This document shows positions 39,193-51,111 of a stretch of DNA of 64,000 nt, piece by piece. The position numbers and the translations under genes were made by a program. Source of the DNA: Takakia lepidozioides (Eukaryota; Plantae; Bryophyta); NCBI GenBank assembly GCA_030704615.1, contig CM060732.1:60760001-60824000 (forward strand), given 5' to 3'. The notes under the pieces were generated by a model. It saw nothing but the letters and a program-made list of their open reading frames with translations. It was not told the DNA's origin and made no database searches. The stretch's first letter is position 1; each line of letters starts with the position of its first letter.

Positions 39193-41088
39193 GTTGTTGT
39201 GCTGCTTAATACACAGTTGAAGGTCATTAGAGCGCAGGAACCTTTAATGGTTCCGTGCAAGCTTGTTTGTTTGTTTACAGACAAAAAAACTCTTTTCTGA
39301 AGTTCGGCAGACTCTGGCCATCAACCCCACACCATTTTGGAGCAGATAAAAGGGAGTGGGGTTGCTGTATATTTCTACCATTTACCTCAGATCCGACCCC
39401 CAAGCTCTGCTTCCTGGCCAACTCCTCATGAAGGTCTGGCTCAAGGATTCAAGCTCTGCAAAAGTGGGCCATGGCTCGACTGAGCCAGGGTGGGCTGGTC
39501 AGAGGCTACTGGAAACCTAGCTGCAAAGCAGCAATCGGTATGTTGGAGGACCCTTATATAGCAGACGTCTGTTTTGTGCAGGTAATGAAGGGGTTTTTGG
39601 GCAAAAAGTAGTGGTGGTGTCGGAATGATCTGTAAGAACTGTGTGCCCCTTTGAACAGCACATGTTGTCTGGAAATCCATTTGCAGGTCAGAGTGCAAGC
39701 TGTGAGGCGAACTCCTTTGCATCCAAGTTGAGTATTTGTCAGAATTGTAGCTGCTGGTGGTAAGAAACTATGATCATATCATCATTGAGCAAGCTGCAGT
39801 TTACTCTTGGACTAATTGAGAATATCCAATGTTGGCACTAAAGACCCAGCAGGGATGAGATCAATCTTGCACAAGTATGAGTCAAGGAGGAAGAATTCCC
39901 ATCCATAGGCAACACAGCGCGTCAGAATCTACCCAAAATCTACCTAAAAACCCTCATGATATTGAAGACGAGACCGGATGGGAAAGAACCCATGCAGTTC
40001 CGGCTCATCAGTGTGTTCTTCAGAGTTTACTCAAACTCGCTTTAGAGGTGTGAGGGTTTGTAATTTAGAAGGGACAAATCTTTATTACAGGATTCTACAA
40101 GAAGGCACATTCAGTAAGAGATCAGTTCATTTCTCAGAAGGAGTTGGGAGTACAAACAGATTACCTCAAATTAGGGGTGGCTATCCAAATATCCAGAAGT
40201 CAATCATGCAGTGTGCACATGGGGTAACCGGCTTTGAACCTAGCAGCTTTTTAAAACTGAGAGGTAAAAAGTAAACAGAAGCCCTAGTGTTAAAGTAAGA
40301 AAAAACGGCTATAAGGCTGTAAGCAGTGCTTGTTTGGTGACAGTAAAGGTGGCCTACTAACGTAACAATGGTGGGTTGAGAGTTGAGAGGCAGGGCCCAG
40401 AAGGGGGAGCCCAAATTCAAACTGGGTCAGCTCCTTCTTTGCTTCTCTGCCTGCTGTCTTGCTTCTTCGTGTGCTTGCAATGCACTGCGGATCCGAAGAG
40501 CCACAGGAAGTGACTGTTTTCCCTGTCAGTCAAGAGCTGTTGGAGCATTTCATGTGCGGGATAGATCTAGATCAGAGCATATAATGAGTAGGAGTGACAG
40601 AGGACGACAGGATTGGTGTGTAGTGGCTGTTGATGCAGACTACTCTGCTGCTGCTGCACGTAGGGGGTGGCAAGGGCATTACCGAATCTGTTCTTGCAGA
40701 AGAGAGACTGGATTCAACGCAAGCCTGAGCGTGAAGGTGGGTTTATAATATTGTGGCTGCTGGTCTGTGAGGCATCTCTGGATGATATAAGGTACTGTAC
40801 CATATTGGTTTTGTGCCAGCGACTTGTGTGCATTTGTTTTGGGCAAGTCGGCAGGTGAGGATGTGTTTTTATCAAAGAAGAAGAAAGTGTCATGATCAGA
40901 TGTGTGTTAGCTTTTCCTGATGTCGATTTCTCATTTCTGCTCGTGTGTCTTACGCTGCCGATGCCTGATACGTTCTTTCATTCCAGTTGTTAAGAAGGAT
41001 TGTGTTAGTCTCATGAGGGAGTCCGAGCCTGCAGGTCGTCGCAATGTGTGAGAATACTGCATGCGAGAAGAGCATCTGAGAAGCCACG

Positions 41089-44000
41089 ATGCCTCGTTTT
41101 GTGCTACCTTATTCTCCCCTCTCTCCTAGTCTGAAGGAGAACAAACCGTGCCGGTTGGGTGGTCGTGACAGCGAGCAACCGGTAAGTGCTCTCCGCAGAG
41201 GGGTGAAGCCGCTTAGGGAGCATAAACCTGAGAACCGCTCCCCGAAGACCGAGTCCCCACAAGGTGCGAGAACACCAAAAAGTAAACACGCTCCTTCAGC
41301 TAGGAACATTCTCGTAAGAAGGCTCGAAGACAAATGCCGAAGCCCCCCTATCAACTTGAAAGTGGACATTGAGAAACCCAGCGTTTGGGAGGTTCCCAAA
41401 AAATATTCGCCTTCCTCTTCCGAAACTGTTAGGAAGGGGAGCCCCAGATATGTCAACGGGGCTTTAAGGTCAAAAGAGGAGAGTTGTGAAGTCAGCTCCT
41501 GCAAAAGAAGCATTTTCGTTTCCACTTCCTGCCTGAAGGAAAGCCCTCGAAAAAATAACTCGAGAGCAAGGACATCCAAAGGTGATGGCCACAGGGGATG
41601 GTCTGCATTACGGAGGCATGTGAGAGCAAATGTGAATAGGGTGTCTGTTGTGGAGGTACCGGCTTCACAGCCAGAAGACTCACCAGAGTTTTCCAAGTGG
41701 GGAATTATGCCTGCTGCAGATGGCTGCATTGAGGGAGGAAAGGAAGACGTGGTGTCGGAAGAGGTGACACCCCCGCCACAACCCACAAACTCACCTGAGT
41801 TTGTCAAGCGCGGGCTGTTTCCTTCTGCCGGGGGTTGCTTTGGTGCAGGCCCCATGGTGGGGCCGGAAGGAGTAGGTGTGGTGAGGGACAGGCGCAAGTG
41901 CAAGCCCCGAGGGATCCTAACCATCGATACAGAGAGCCTGGCTAGCTCAGGAAGCCTTCCTGATGAAGCAAGCGAAATGCTCCAGTCAATGCAGCTGGTA
42001 CCTGTGCCTGCTATGGCATCTGTTGAATGGATGGTGGCTGATGAACTGGGTTCTGAGTCTTGTGAAAAGTCGAGTTTGGAGTGTCATCTGCATTCAAACA
42101 CACTGAACATCGGCACAACCATGCACACTTTTGCCCCCTCAATGACTGAACTGGAGAGTGTTGGAGATCCAGAGGCTTTTGACCAACCAGAACAAGAGCG
42201 TCCAACTTATGGAGTGCTATGTAGAGATGGGATTCCTCAGCAATGGAGCAGGTTGCAAGGATGTGGAAGTCCTGAGCCAAAGTTGCAAGAACTCTCATTA
42301 TTGGATACAAATAGGAAGGAGCCGTCTTTGAATTTGACCGGTGTGCAAGGCAGCGTAGCAACAACCACAAATGGGGAACTTCTGAAACATTCTCCTGAAA
42401 CCTCAGGGTGCACCATGGGGTGCAGTACCACATTACACACCATAAGGCCAGGATTGGAAGTTGTAGAAATTCCTTATGACTCACGTCAACCAAATGCTGT
42501 GTCAAGTACCGGGAGCCACTGCAGAATCAAGGTGCAGGATATAGCAGGTGGAAATGGGGACTTTGTAAGTGGTTCTCCAGGTTTGGGGGAGTTTTCTATT
42601 TACAGAGGTCCACCAGAGTTTGCAGCTATGGACAGAGAGCTCCTACGCTCCTGCCTTGATGGCTCAGTGTCATCTTTCTCTTGGAATTGCCTTGAGGATG
42701 GTAGGTCTCCACCCTCTATTTGTCATCACTCTCCAGAAGGGGTGGCCTTGAGTGCATCCTCTAATTCCATAGCACCGATTCCTCTGGAGAAGTTTTCTCG
42801 TGTAATCTATCCGACTCGTGGAACACCAGATGTGTACAGGAGGGAATGTGCAAGTGATGTAAACAATGGTGGGAGTCCATGGGGCGAGCTGCTGGACAGC
42901 AGAGATGGAGCTTTTGAATATGAATCACCTTTAACTGAAGAAGACTTGTCTCCAGTCAAATGTGTATCTACCACTTTCTGTCCTGACATGCCCGAAAGTA
43001 GTGAGGCTGATACAGTCTTGGGAGTATGCCAGAGCATTTTGAGCACAAGCGTGGATATGTGCAGGGTCACCTCTGTGATGAAAACCCCTGGCTCAGGTGC
43101 TTCGGTAGAATCACATCCACTGCCCCACATGTTGGAGGAAGGGGACAGCTTTTCAAGGGAAGCTGAGCTGTATTCAAAGAATTCTCCAACAGACAGGCAG
43201 GAATTGACACCTTCAGAGTCGGAAATAGAGAAATGCGACTGCCGCATATTTGTACACAAAACAGATACCGATCATCTACACCATGATGGCAGTTTGTCTA
43301 CAGGGCAAAGAGCCAGTGATGCTGCAAACATTGAGAGGCCACAAGATTCTTCAGAGGCTTGCAAACTTAAAAGAGTAACTGATAGGAAGAAACGTGCAAG
43401 GACAAGGAGTGGCTTGTATGAAGGTCTTCAGAGAGAGCTGGAACTGACCACCTCGTTTTGTTGCAGTGATGAGATGCCTATTGTGGATGAAAACCCCTCA
43501 CACTCCAGGGGAAGGCCAACATCACGCAGCAGTCACTTTGAAGATCTGGAAGTGGCTAAAGACATTCACGTAGTTGAGGAGTGCAGACCACAGACCAAGA
43601 GGGATCAGGAGTCTCAAAGAAATATAGACAAGCGGTCTCTAGTTCTGCTTGACATGCAGCGAACAGAGCTGCGTCTTGCTTCACAAGTTCTTATGGCTGA
43701 AGCTCTCTATGAGCTCACTGTGGCGTACCTACGAAAATCAAGGGGGAGAGATTGTAAGGGTTCGGCTGATTCTCAAATGCTGACTATCCCTAGGACACCC
43801 TTAGTTGGTCCCCATGCCTGTGAAAGCTCCAGTACAGTTGTCCCACAGCGCGAGAGTAAGGACTGCAGTGTATCTTCATCCCTTTTGACTGAGGACAGCC
43901 ATGCTAAACTGTACCAGTCTCTGGAGAGTTGGATCTCAGAACAAGATAGAAGCAGAATTGGAGAAGTTCAATCCTGTGTCTCCAGCACATCATTCTCTGA

Positions 44001-44220
44001 GTGCACAAAGAATCTCCAAAAGATCAGGCAGCGGGCAGTGCAAAATGGCTGTCAGGAACAGAGTACATGTGGGTGCAATAATAGTGAACAGATCCAACCT
44101 GCTCTGGCTGCTCAATACGGCAGCCCAGTGGCAGCTGCTGGACTTATTTTGCTTGGAGTGGTGATTGTGGGTTATATTTGCCTCCATGGTCAGGGCTGCT
44201 CACCGAAGCGACCTGCATGA
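41089..44220 (+). CDS. Uncharacterised 1043-aa Ser/Pro-rich protein with a C-terminal transmembrane segment
   Basis: Uninterrupted 3.1-kb ORF. Basic N-terminus rich in SP/TP sites, an RKCKPRGILTI motif, and a terminal hydrophobic helix VAAAGLILLGVVIVGYICL. Confidence 0.85.
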   Translation: MPRFVLPYSPLSPSLKENKPCRLGGRDSEQPVSALRRGVKPLREHKPENRSPKTESPQGARTPKSKHAPSARNILVRRLEDKCRSPPINLKVDIEKPSVWEVPKKYSPSSSETVRKGSPRYVNGALRSKEESCEVSSCKRSIFVSTSCLKESPRKNNSRARTSKGDGHRGWSALRRHVRANVNRVSVVEVPASQPEDSPEFSKWGIMPAADGCIEGGKEDVVSEEVTPPPQPTNSPEFVKRGLFPSAGGCFGAGPMVGPEGVGVVRDRRKCKPRGILTIDTESLASSGSLPDEASEMLQSMQLVPVPAMASVEWMVADELGSESCEKSSLECHLHSNTLNIGTTMHTFAPSMTELESVGDPEAFDQPEQERPTYGVLCRDGIPQQWSRLQGCGSPEPKLQELSLLDTNRKEPSLNLTGVQGSVATTTNGELLKHSPETSGCTMGCSTTLHTIRPGLEVVEIPYDSRQPNAVSSTGSHCRIKVQDIAGGNGDFVSGSPGLGEFSIYRGPPEFAAMDRELLRSCLDGSVSSFSWNCLEDGRSPPSICHHSPEGVALSASSNSIAPIPLEKFSRVIYPTRGTPDVYRRECASDVNNGGSPWGELLDSRDGAFEYESPLTEEDLSPVKCVSTTFCPDMPESSEADTVLGVCQSILSTSVDMCRVTSVMKTPGSGASVESHPLPHMLEEGDSFSREAELYSKNSPTDRQELTPSESEIEKCDCRIFVHKTDTDHLHHDGSLSTGQRASDAANIERPQDSSEACKLKRVTDRKKRARTRSGLYEGLQRELELTTSFCCSDEMPIVDENPSHSRGRPTSRSSHFEDLEVAKDIHVVEECRPQTKRDQESQRNIDKRSLVLLDMQRTELRLASQVLMAEALYELTVAYLRKSRGRDCKGSADSQMLTIPRTPLVGPHACESSSTVVPQRESKDCSVSSSLLTEDSHAKLYQSLESWISEQDRSRIGEVQSCVSSTSFSECTKNLQKIRQRAVQNGCQEQSTCGCNNSEQIQPALAAQYGSPVAAAGLILLGVVIVGYICLHGQGCSPKRPA

Positions 44221-45611
44221 TTCCCGGCCTGTTTCTGCCATTTGTTTTAGCTCATTACATTTCAATATTTTTGCTAGAGGGCTCCTAGAGGCTTAGCATG
44301 GTTTGTGAAAGTATATAATGTCATTAAATAGTTGCTCTAAGAAGCTCCTTGGCAAAGTTGAGGTTTCAACAATGTGCTATGTATAGTCAAGACAGGTAAG
44401 GAGAGCGTTGTCCACTTCAGCCAAATGGTGTTCTTAGTGCAGTTCTGAAGGACCAGGTTCTTGAAATGTACTTGCAAGTCCTCACAAATCTGATCTCAAT
44501 TCAGGTAGTGTCCTCTGTTACACCAATATTTGCCTCCGTTCATATGGGGAATTACATCATGGTTGCTCTCAAATGCTTCAACTTTGGATTATGTTTGGGT
44601 GGAAGTGTGCTGAAGCTTGTTCATGCATCATCTGGTCGTCGACTTCAATTGTGGATCATTAGTACTGTGGATGGCTACTGCAGCCAGTGCCGTGTTTTCA
44701 GTCGATCCGGAGTTGGTTAGTAGTTTTTTTCTACCCAAGCAGATATTCCTCTTATGCAGGATCTTGTAGACACCCCCCAACTTGAAGTATCCATCAGAAA
44801 CATTGCTGAGACCAATCTTCATAGACCTGATCTCTATGATCTCTATCGTGTAAGTCCGGCTGGTGACTGAGAGGAATCGTTGGTCGAGGAGGGCCTCAGC
44901 TTTCAAGCGATTCCCTCTGGCCTCATCGCAAGCCCACTGACATTGAACGGCAGAGCAGCAGTGGGCGCACTTCGTTTGAAGGAGGACCTTATGCTTCGTT
45001 GATTTGGGTATTTGAACGGAGGTGAGCTCGTTACAGAAGAAAAGGGATGGTCCTCAGCACACACACCATAGAACTTGGACTGTGGGGTCCCAGTATACTG
45101 CCTGGTTGTCCGTTAGTCCATCCGATTTCCCACGGGTGTAGCCTATCCGAAAGAGACACGGGAAGATGGCCCTCAAAACATGGGTAGTAAGGAGATACCG
45201 GTAGCCTCGGCGCCAGTTACGAGGGATGCAGGATGACATCTATCGAAGCAGATTGTGTAAACGAGGGGGAGCCTCTTTGCCCATCGCCACTGGCAAGATT
45301 GGCCATATTGTCTTCGGTGAAGACGTAGAGTGGAGGGCTGCCGAGGTCATCGTTTTCCTCTGTAGATCGTTGTGCGAATTTCCGAGCTTCATCAGCTGGT
45401 GCGCGCTACAATCAGCTCGCTGTTGCACGGTTGTTTGTCTAATCTTTGATTGTTCATGCTTCAAACAGGGAGAGTTTTACTGGTTATATGGGCGATTCTT
45501 CTTCCGTGAATTTAAATTGGTACTTTCAACTCTCATCTCGCATACCTCTCTTTTCTTTCTGTTTGTCAAACATGCCCTGTCTTCGGTGAAGAGCTTGGAG
45601 AGCGTGATGCA

Positions 45612-47189
45612 ATGAAAGCGTCCGTGACGGTAAGAGAGGGGCAAAAGCCTTTGTTGCGGGCGAAAGTTCCAGTCAATCTCGTAGGGCTGCCGTTGTTCTC
45701 AGCCATATCTGTGGGGAATCCGCGGGAACTTGCACTGCATCTCGGCTCCTATCTGGACGCTGGCCCTTCTTTCAAGGTGTCTTATAAGCCCAATGACCCG
45801 AGCAGTCTTTTTACCTTGCTTCTCAAGACAGGGTTCGGAGTATGGGGTTCTCCTAATGGTGCCGCATTGGCCATGGCGGCTGAATTCAATCTCTCCAGCA
45901 GGGGTAGCCCATCCTTTACTCTCCGTGTGAAACCTAGGGTTGGCGATTTTAGCTTCAGGAAGGATGCCTCTAGCTCTCCAATCCCTTCTATAGAACACAG
46001 CAGGCACTCATCGGTGGGAGAAGAGGACACTGCCACATCTGTGGTAGGAGCAGCCAGCCCGGGTACAAGTGGAAGCAAAGCTGGAGCAAGATCGTATGAC
46101 AACGGATTTGATAATGGGCTTAGTCCGTTGGGATTAGGGGTGGGTTCAGGACTGAAAATGAGAGAGAAGGTCCGGCACTTTGGGGAGCCCACGAGCCCTG
46201 GACTGATGGTTCACTCTCCCCGGGATGAAAGCCTTGAGAGAGAGGGGATGGTGGGAGCAGACACAAAGAGTGGAATGGAAAGTGCGAGGCACCATTTGGA
46301 GAATGGTGATCGAGCTAGTGCAAGTGACGCCTTTGAGGCGGGGTTTGTTGGGGCTGTTGCTGACCGTGATGCTCCGGGTGACTCTTCATTAGATGTGAAT
46401 CCAAGCTGGTTTGGGGAGAATGCAAAGAGCTGGAGCCTACACGTGCACAGTGCACTTCCCCTTGGTAGACAGGTGATGGGACGGGTAAGATGGGGAGTAC
46501 GAGTACCCTCTGACCTCTTTCAAACTTCTGGCAGCCAAGGGTCGAACTTTTCTCTCCTCAAGTTGCCGTTGCTGGTCATGGATAAAATCAGTATTGAGAG
46601 TGCAGACCCCTACAGAAAGCTGCAACCCACGCCCAGCTTCTATGCTGATGACGGGCTTCTCAACTATGGGCTTATGGAGGGTCGTACAGAGGAAGGCAGG
46701 CAATTGGGGTCCATTGCCTCCGTGTGTTGTTCTATACGCCAACAAGTACACTTGCTTCATTCAGAAAACAGACTTTTGAAGGATACCATGGAGGATTTGA
46801 AGGGTGAGATTGGTCAGTTTGTTAGTACAGTAAACAAGCGCTTTCCCACTAGACCCAGGGACATTCTGATGCAGGAAGAGAATATGCTCCGATCTCAGCT
46901 GTTTGGTGAGCTACAGGAGAAAGTTAGTGGAAGCAATTTGCAGACGAGTGGTTCAAAGGAATCAAATTATCACAAAGAGAATCAGGGCAAGAAATGGAAG
47001 AAGGGAAACAAGGAGTTTCGGGAGATGGGTTCAGATGGTGAAATGGAGCCAGGCAATGAGTACAGGAGCAAACCGGTAGCCAATGAACGAAAAAAATCAG
47101 ATAGTTCCTCTGAGCATGCTGTCAGTGAGGAACTCAAGAAGGCAATTAGGAATGCCACGAACCAAACTGGCACTCTGAGAATGGAATGA
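45612..47189 (+). CDS. OEP40-like (At3g57990-type) chloroplast outer-envelope protein, intronless
   Basis: N-terminal MKASV..RE.QKPLLRAKVP..GLP..GPSFKVSYKPND..KTGFGVWGSP..MAAEFNL, plus RWGVRVP, LPLLVMDKI, a coiled coil and terminal VSEELKKAI. These match my recollection of this family. Confidence 0.75.
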   Translation: MKASVTVREGQKPLLRAKVPVNLVGLPLFSAISVGNPRELALHLGSYLDAGPSFKVSYKPNDPSSLFTLLLKTGFGVWGSPNGAALAMAAEFNLSSRGSPSFTLRVKPRVGDFSFRKDASSSPIPSIEHSRHSSVGEEDTATSVVGAASPGTSGSKAGARSYDNGFDNGLSPLGLGVGSGLKMREKVRHFGEPTSPGLMVHSPRDESLEREGMVGADTKSGMESARHHLENGDRASASDAFEAGFVGAVADRDAPGDSSLDVNPSWFGENAKSWSLHVHSALPLGRQVMGRVRWGVRVPSDLFQTSGSQGSNFSLLKLPLLVMDKISIESADPYRKLQPTPSFYADDGLLNYGLMEGRTEEGRQLGSIASVCCSIRQQVHLLHSENRLLKDTMEDLKGEIGQFVSTVNKRFPTRPRDILMQEENMLRSQLFGELQEKVSGSNLQTSGSKESNYHKENQGKKWKKGNKEFREMGSDGEMEPGNEYRSKPVANERKKSDSSSEHAVSEELKKAIRNATNQTGTLRME

Positions 47190-48819
47190 CCTGTCCTGTT
47201 GCATGGATTTGCACAATGAACGTGGATCTGAAATTGAGACGTATTTGCAAATATACAACAGTTTAATGGGAGATTTACAGGTGTGTAAAGTGTTTGTTAG
47301 GGGACATTTCAGTGTGAAGGAAATTGATTGCGCAATGGCGAACGACCTTCAACAGAGCTTTGCAGAGCGTAGAACTATGAAAAAGCAGGTTTGTAAATAC
47401 ATGGAGGCCTTTAGGTGGATGTTTTTGGAGCTCCCACTACTACCAGCTGGTGTTTTGTCTGGAAGATCTGTAACTGAGGCAGAGATGTCACACCTGGAAA
47501 GACCAGGGAATTTTGTGAGTGTCCTCCAGAACTTTACCTTCTGGGAACTGGCGAAAGCCTTTCTCCTTTGGTGGATGTAGGGCTCTATGATCAGGTTTAA
47601 CTTCAAGGATGATGAGCACTTTCTTAGAAGGATAGTGGGAGGGATATAGAGTGATTGTGTCTCAACTGGTTGGGTCGCTTTGTGGAAACTGTGATGGGTT
47701 TTCATCCGCTGAGGCATCCCACTTTAAGGGGTGGGGATCTCTCTCTTCCTCTCTCTCAATCCTTTTCTAGACACTATTGATTGGCATGCAATCACAGCCG
47801 CAGTGGCTTCCAAATTGATATTGTTTTGTGTAGTATGATTTATACTTTTCCACAGGCATACTGCCACCCCATGGTATAGTGTTGGAAGGGAATGAGGGAT
47901 GAGTATGTTCTCTGTCTCTTCATTTAATGATGCCATCACATGCATTGTATGGATAGCACGGCATTTTCGTTTTCCGTGTGAGGTTGATTTGTAGGTTCAA
48001 TCCAAGTGATTCCTGCAGCGCCTTTTACACAAACCCAATGCTCTATCTATCAAGGCAAATGATGTTGTCTATCTGAAACTCCTTCCCTGCAGCCCATTTT
48101 GTTGCAAGACTGCCTTTCAAGGTTTGATTGATGTTCACATTTTCTCTCTTCATGGGACAAGGCGAGGCATTGCTCCTCCTTGACGCAAAAGAGGGCCTTC
48201 AAATGGGTACCTGACCCAAGAAGCTATTATACTGGAGTGTTTCCATTTGGCTTTCCAGACTGCAGATAATACTAAAAGCTGATTCTACTGCCCCCTGCCC
48301 TTTATGAAGACATCTACTGGAATGAAAAGTTCACAATGGGAGTAATCTGAATGGGCATGTGAGCCACACTTTAACCATTTCTATGAGGAGCCAATGATGG
48401 AGTGAAGGCTAAACCAGCACTTCCCCCTCAAGCTGGCTATTTGGTTGTTGATGATGGTTCTTCCTTGTGTTGAGCTTCAGGGATGATCTGCTGCAGTTTT
48501 GAAATTTGTGCAAGCAAGAACTCAATGTTTGGTTTAAGTATTCGCTTTTGGTAAACCAAATTTATAGTGCATCAGAAGCCAAAGATGTGGAGATAGTTTG
48601 TAGTGCAGACAGCCTAAAAGAAGAAACTTTCTTGCTTTTCACTCCCACTCCATCTGATGTATGGCAATTCTACTCCACCTTCAATTCTTCACGGAACTCA
48701 ACTCCTGAGATCCAGTGCCACAATGAAAAATTGCAAGCCCACAGATTTCTTTCCATTGATGTTGTGCCGGAACCAATGTAGCTGGATGAAAAGGTTGTTG
48801 GATGGAGGTTCAGAGGGGG

Positions 48820-48893
48820 GCCAATGGGAGAGGGAGGGCCTTATCTGGGAGCGAGGCCAAGCGAGACTTGTTATTGGGCACCCACTTATCCTC
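48820..48893. promoter_or_regulatory. CCAAT box plus two I-box/GATA (CTTATC) motifs upstream of PsaH
   Basis: GCCAAT at about 48820 and CTTATC at about 48840 and 48885, typical of light-regulated photosynthesis gene promoters. Confidence 0.45.
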
Positions 48894-49018
48894 CGTACCA
48901 CACTGATCCATCTTCTATCATCCGCCTGTGAGCGAGTGTGCCAGCAATTTGTGGAAGACAGAAGGAAGGAAACACAAATCTCAGATAGTGCATTGTGGTG
49001 TTCAACTAGACTTTGCAG

Positions 49019-50173
49019 ATGGCGGCCCTTGCAGGAACCGCTGTGGTTGCGGGAGTGAGCAGCAGCAGCATCAATGGACAGAGGTTGATCGTCCCCTCTT
49101 CCCGTACCGTCTCTGTCCGCTCTCCTTCCAGGTTCCTCTCCGTGGCTCTCCCCCTCTCTAACGTTGACGATGTCCTGACATTGCTTTGTCGCAGTCTCCG
49201 TATTTGAGATTTGCTTCGATGCCTAAGCGTTCTGGGAAATGTGGGTGTATGTCAGTATCAGCAATGCTGGTGGATGGCTGTTGGGATAGTGTTGACTCTC
49301 GACAGCTCGTAGAGTAATAGTCCATCACAATTCAGAGGTTTCCTCTGTATTGTTTTCTGCATGCCGGGGAAGACTTCAATGTGTGTGAGTCATTGACCTG
49401 TTATGCATAGCCGATTTCAAACAGACATAATTAGTCGCTGGTCTGATTGTGCGGGCTGTGACTGCCCATGGCCTGTCAAGTTAAGGAGGCCACACTTTGG
49501 GTCCCGCTTAGTCCACTGGAGGGCTCAAGACTAGACTAATGAAAAATGGTGAGATTGAAATCTATTGAGCACATAGGGCGAGCCGAGGTGATTATCTTTG
49601 GAAATGGATAGTGCAGGGTGGGAGCTGTGACAGCCAAGTATGGTGAGAAGAGTATCTACTTCGATTTGGGTGACATCAGCAACTCCACTGGAGACTGGGA
49701 CCTTTACGGAAACGATGAGCCAACCCGCTACAATGGCTTACAGGTGCTTGTCTTTTCTTATTTTCTTTACTCCTTCCTCCCTCCTCCTCCCTGCCATACC
49801 CCCTTTTGGGATTAAGTCTTCATCCCTGCCTATGCACATCAGTCGAAAGTCTCTCTACAATACTGTTGTAGATAGTGTTCCATCTGGTCCGTTTTGAAGT
49901 CACGCAGGCCCCCACGAACACAAAAGATGAGAACTTCAGTGGTCTTTGTTTTCTGCAAGTGTGCCACCATCTCAGCCAGTTCCTTTGACATTGCAGAGCA
50001 AGTTTTTCGAGACATTCGGTGGTGCCTTCACCAAGAGGGGATTGTTGCTGAAGTTTTTGGTGCTGGGCGGTGCCACTACCATTGGATACCTTGGCACCAC
50101 AACCGGTGACATTTTGCCCATCAAGAAAGGCCCCCAGGCAGTACCAGTCCCCGGCCCCAGGGGGAGGATCTAA
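49019..50173 (+). CDS. PSAH: Photosystem I subunit VI (PSI-H)
   Basis: Exons 49019-49131, 49617-49743, 49997-50173. Transit peptide followed by [57 protein letters not shown]. Confidence 0.96.
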
Positions 50174-50850
50174 AAGTGCTTCACCTTTGTGCATATACCA
50201 GCCAGATTGTACTCTTGTCTCTATTCATGAACAGAACTGTAATGTTGTAAACATGCTTCCTCAAGTGATCATTTGATTTGAGAAAAGACCTGATCTACTA
50301 CACAACCAGTCGTTTTTCGAGCTTGTCACTCGGAGCTTTTGTCTGCCCATGAGGATCTGTGTGTGTTTGGAATTGCTGCAACGTCAGGATGCTCTGCTCA
50401 TCAAAGAAAGAGGATGAAAACCCAAGAATACATTCTGAACAGTAAGATAACCAAAAAAACTGCTTAAATGAATTGCCAGTGTAGATTATAGCACAATAAG
50501 GCTGTGGCCCGGTGGTTTGACATCCTGTGCATTTTCTTTGTTGCCCCCACTCTTGGGGAAACAAAAGGGACAGATCCTACCTCTGTCCGGTGGCTCAAAC
50601 TTCAAACTCCTGTGTGCAGTCTCTCCACTGGAGTTTCAATGGAAACCCATAAGAAAAAACGAGGACAACACTGATTAGTCTTACTTAACGAACGTAGAGT
50701 TACTTAGTAGATGAACAATGATGTGGAGGTTAAGTCGGTTTAGCACAACTCGTTGGCATGAAACTACCTGCCCAACATGGAAACAGCAGCTGCATGCAAA
50801 CTCAAACTCCTAACACTACAAGTGCAAGAGAACGCTCAACGAAAGCGTTG

Positions 50851-50888
50851 AAGAGAGAGAGAGAGAGAGTGTGTGGTGTGTGTGTGTG
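50851..50888 (+). repeat. Compound (GA)n(GT)n microsatellite
   Basis: AAGAGAGAGAGAGAGAGAGTGTGTGGTGTGTGTGTGTG. Confidence 0.85.
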
Positions 50889-51111
50889 CATGCAAGCACT
50901 GTCTGAACTTAGATCAGGAAGTGCAGAGGAAAGGTGGACAGGAAAGTGCGTAGCACAACAGTGTAGAAAACTAGCAACCACACGCAAAATTTTGGTTCGT
51001 GTGATTGGATAGAGAAGTTCTTGTTGTTCCATCTCTGTTCCTTCCGTAGTACATCACGTTACTGTATTTTTTATCCATATCCTTTCTGGGCCAAGGTTGC
51101 AATCATCAGTC

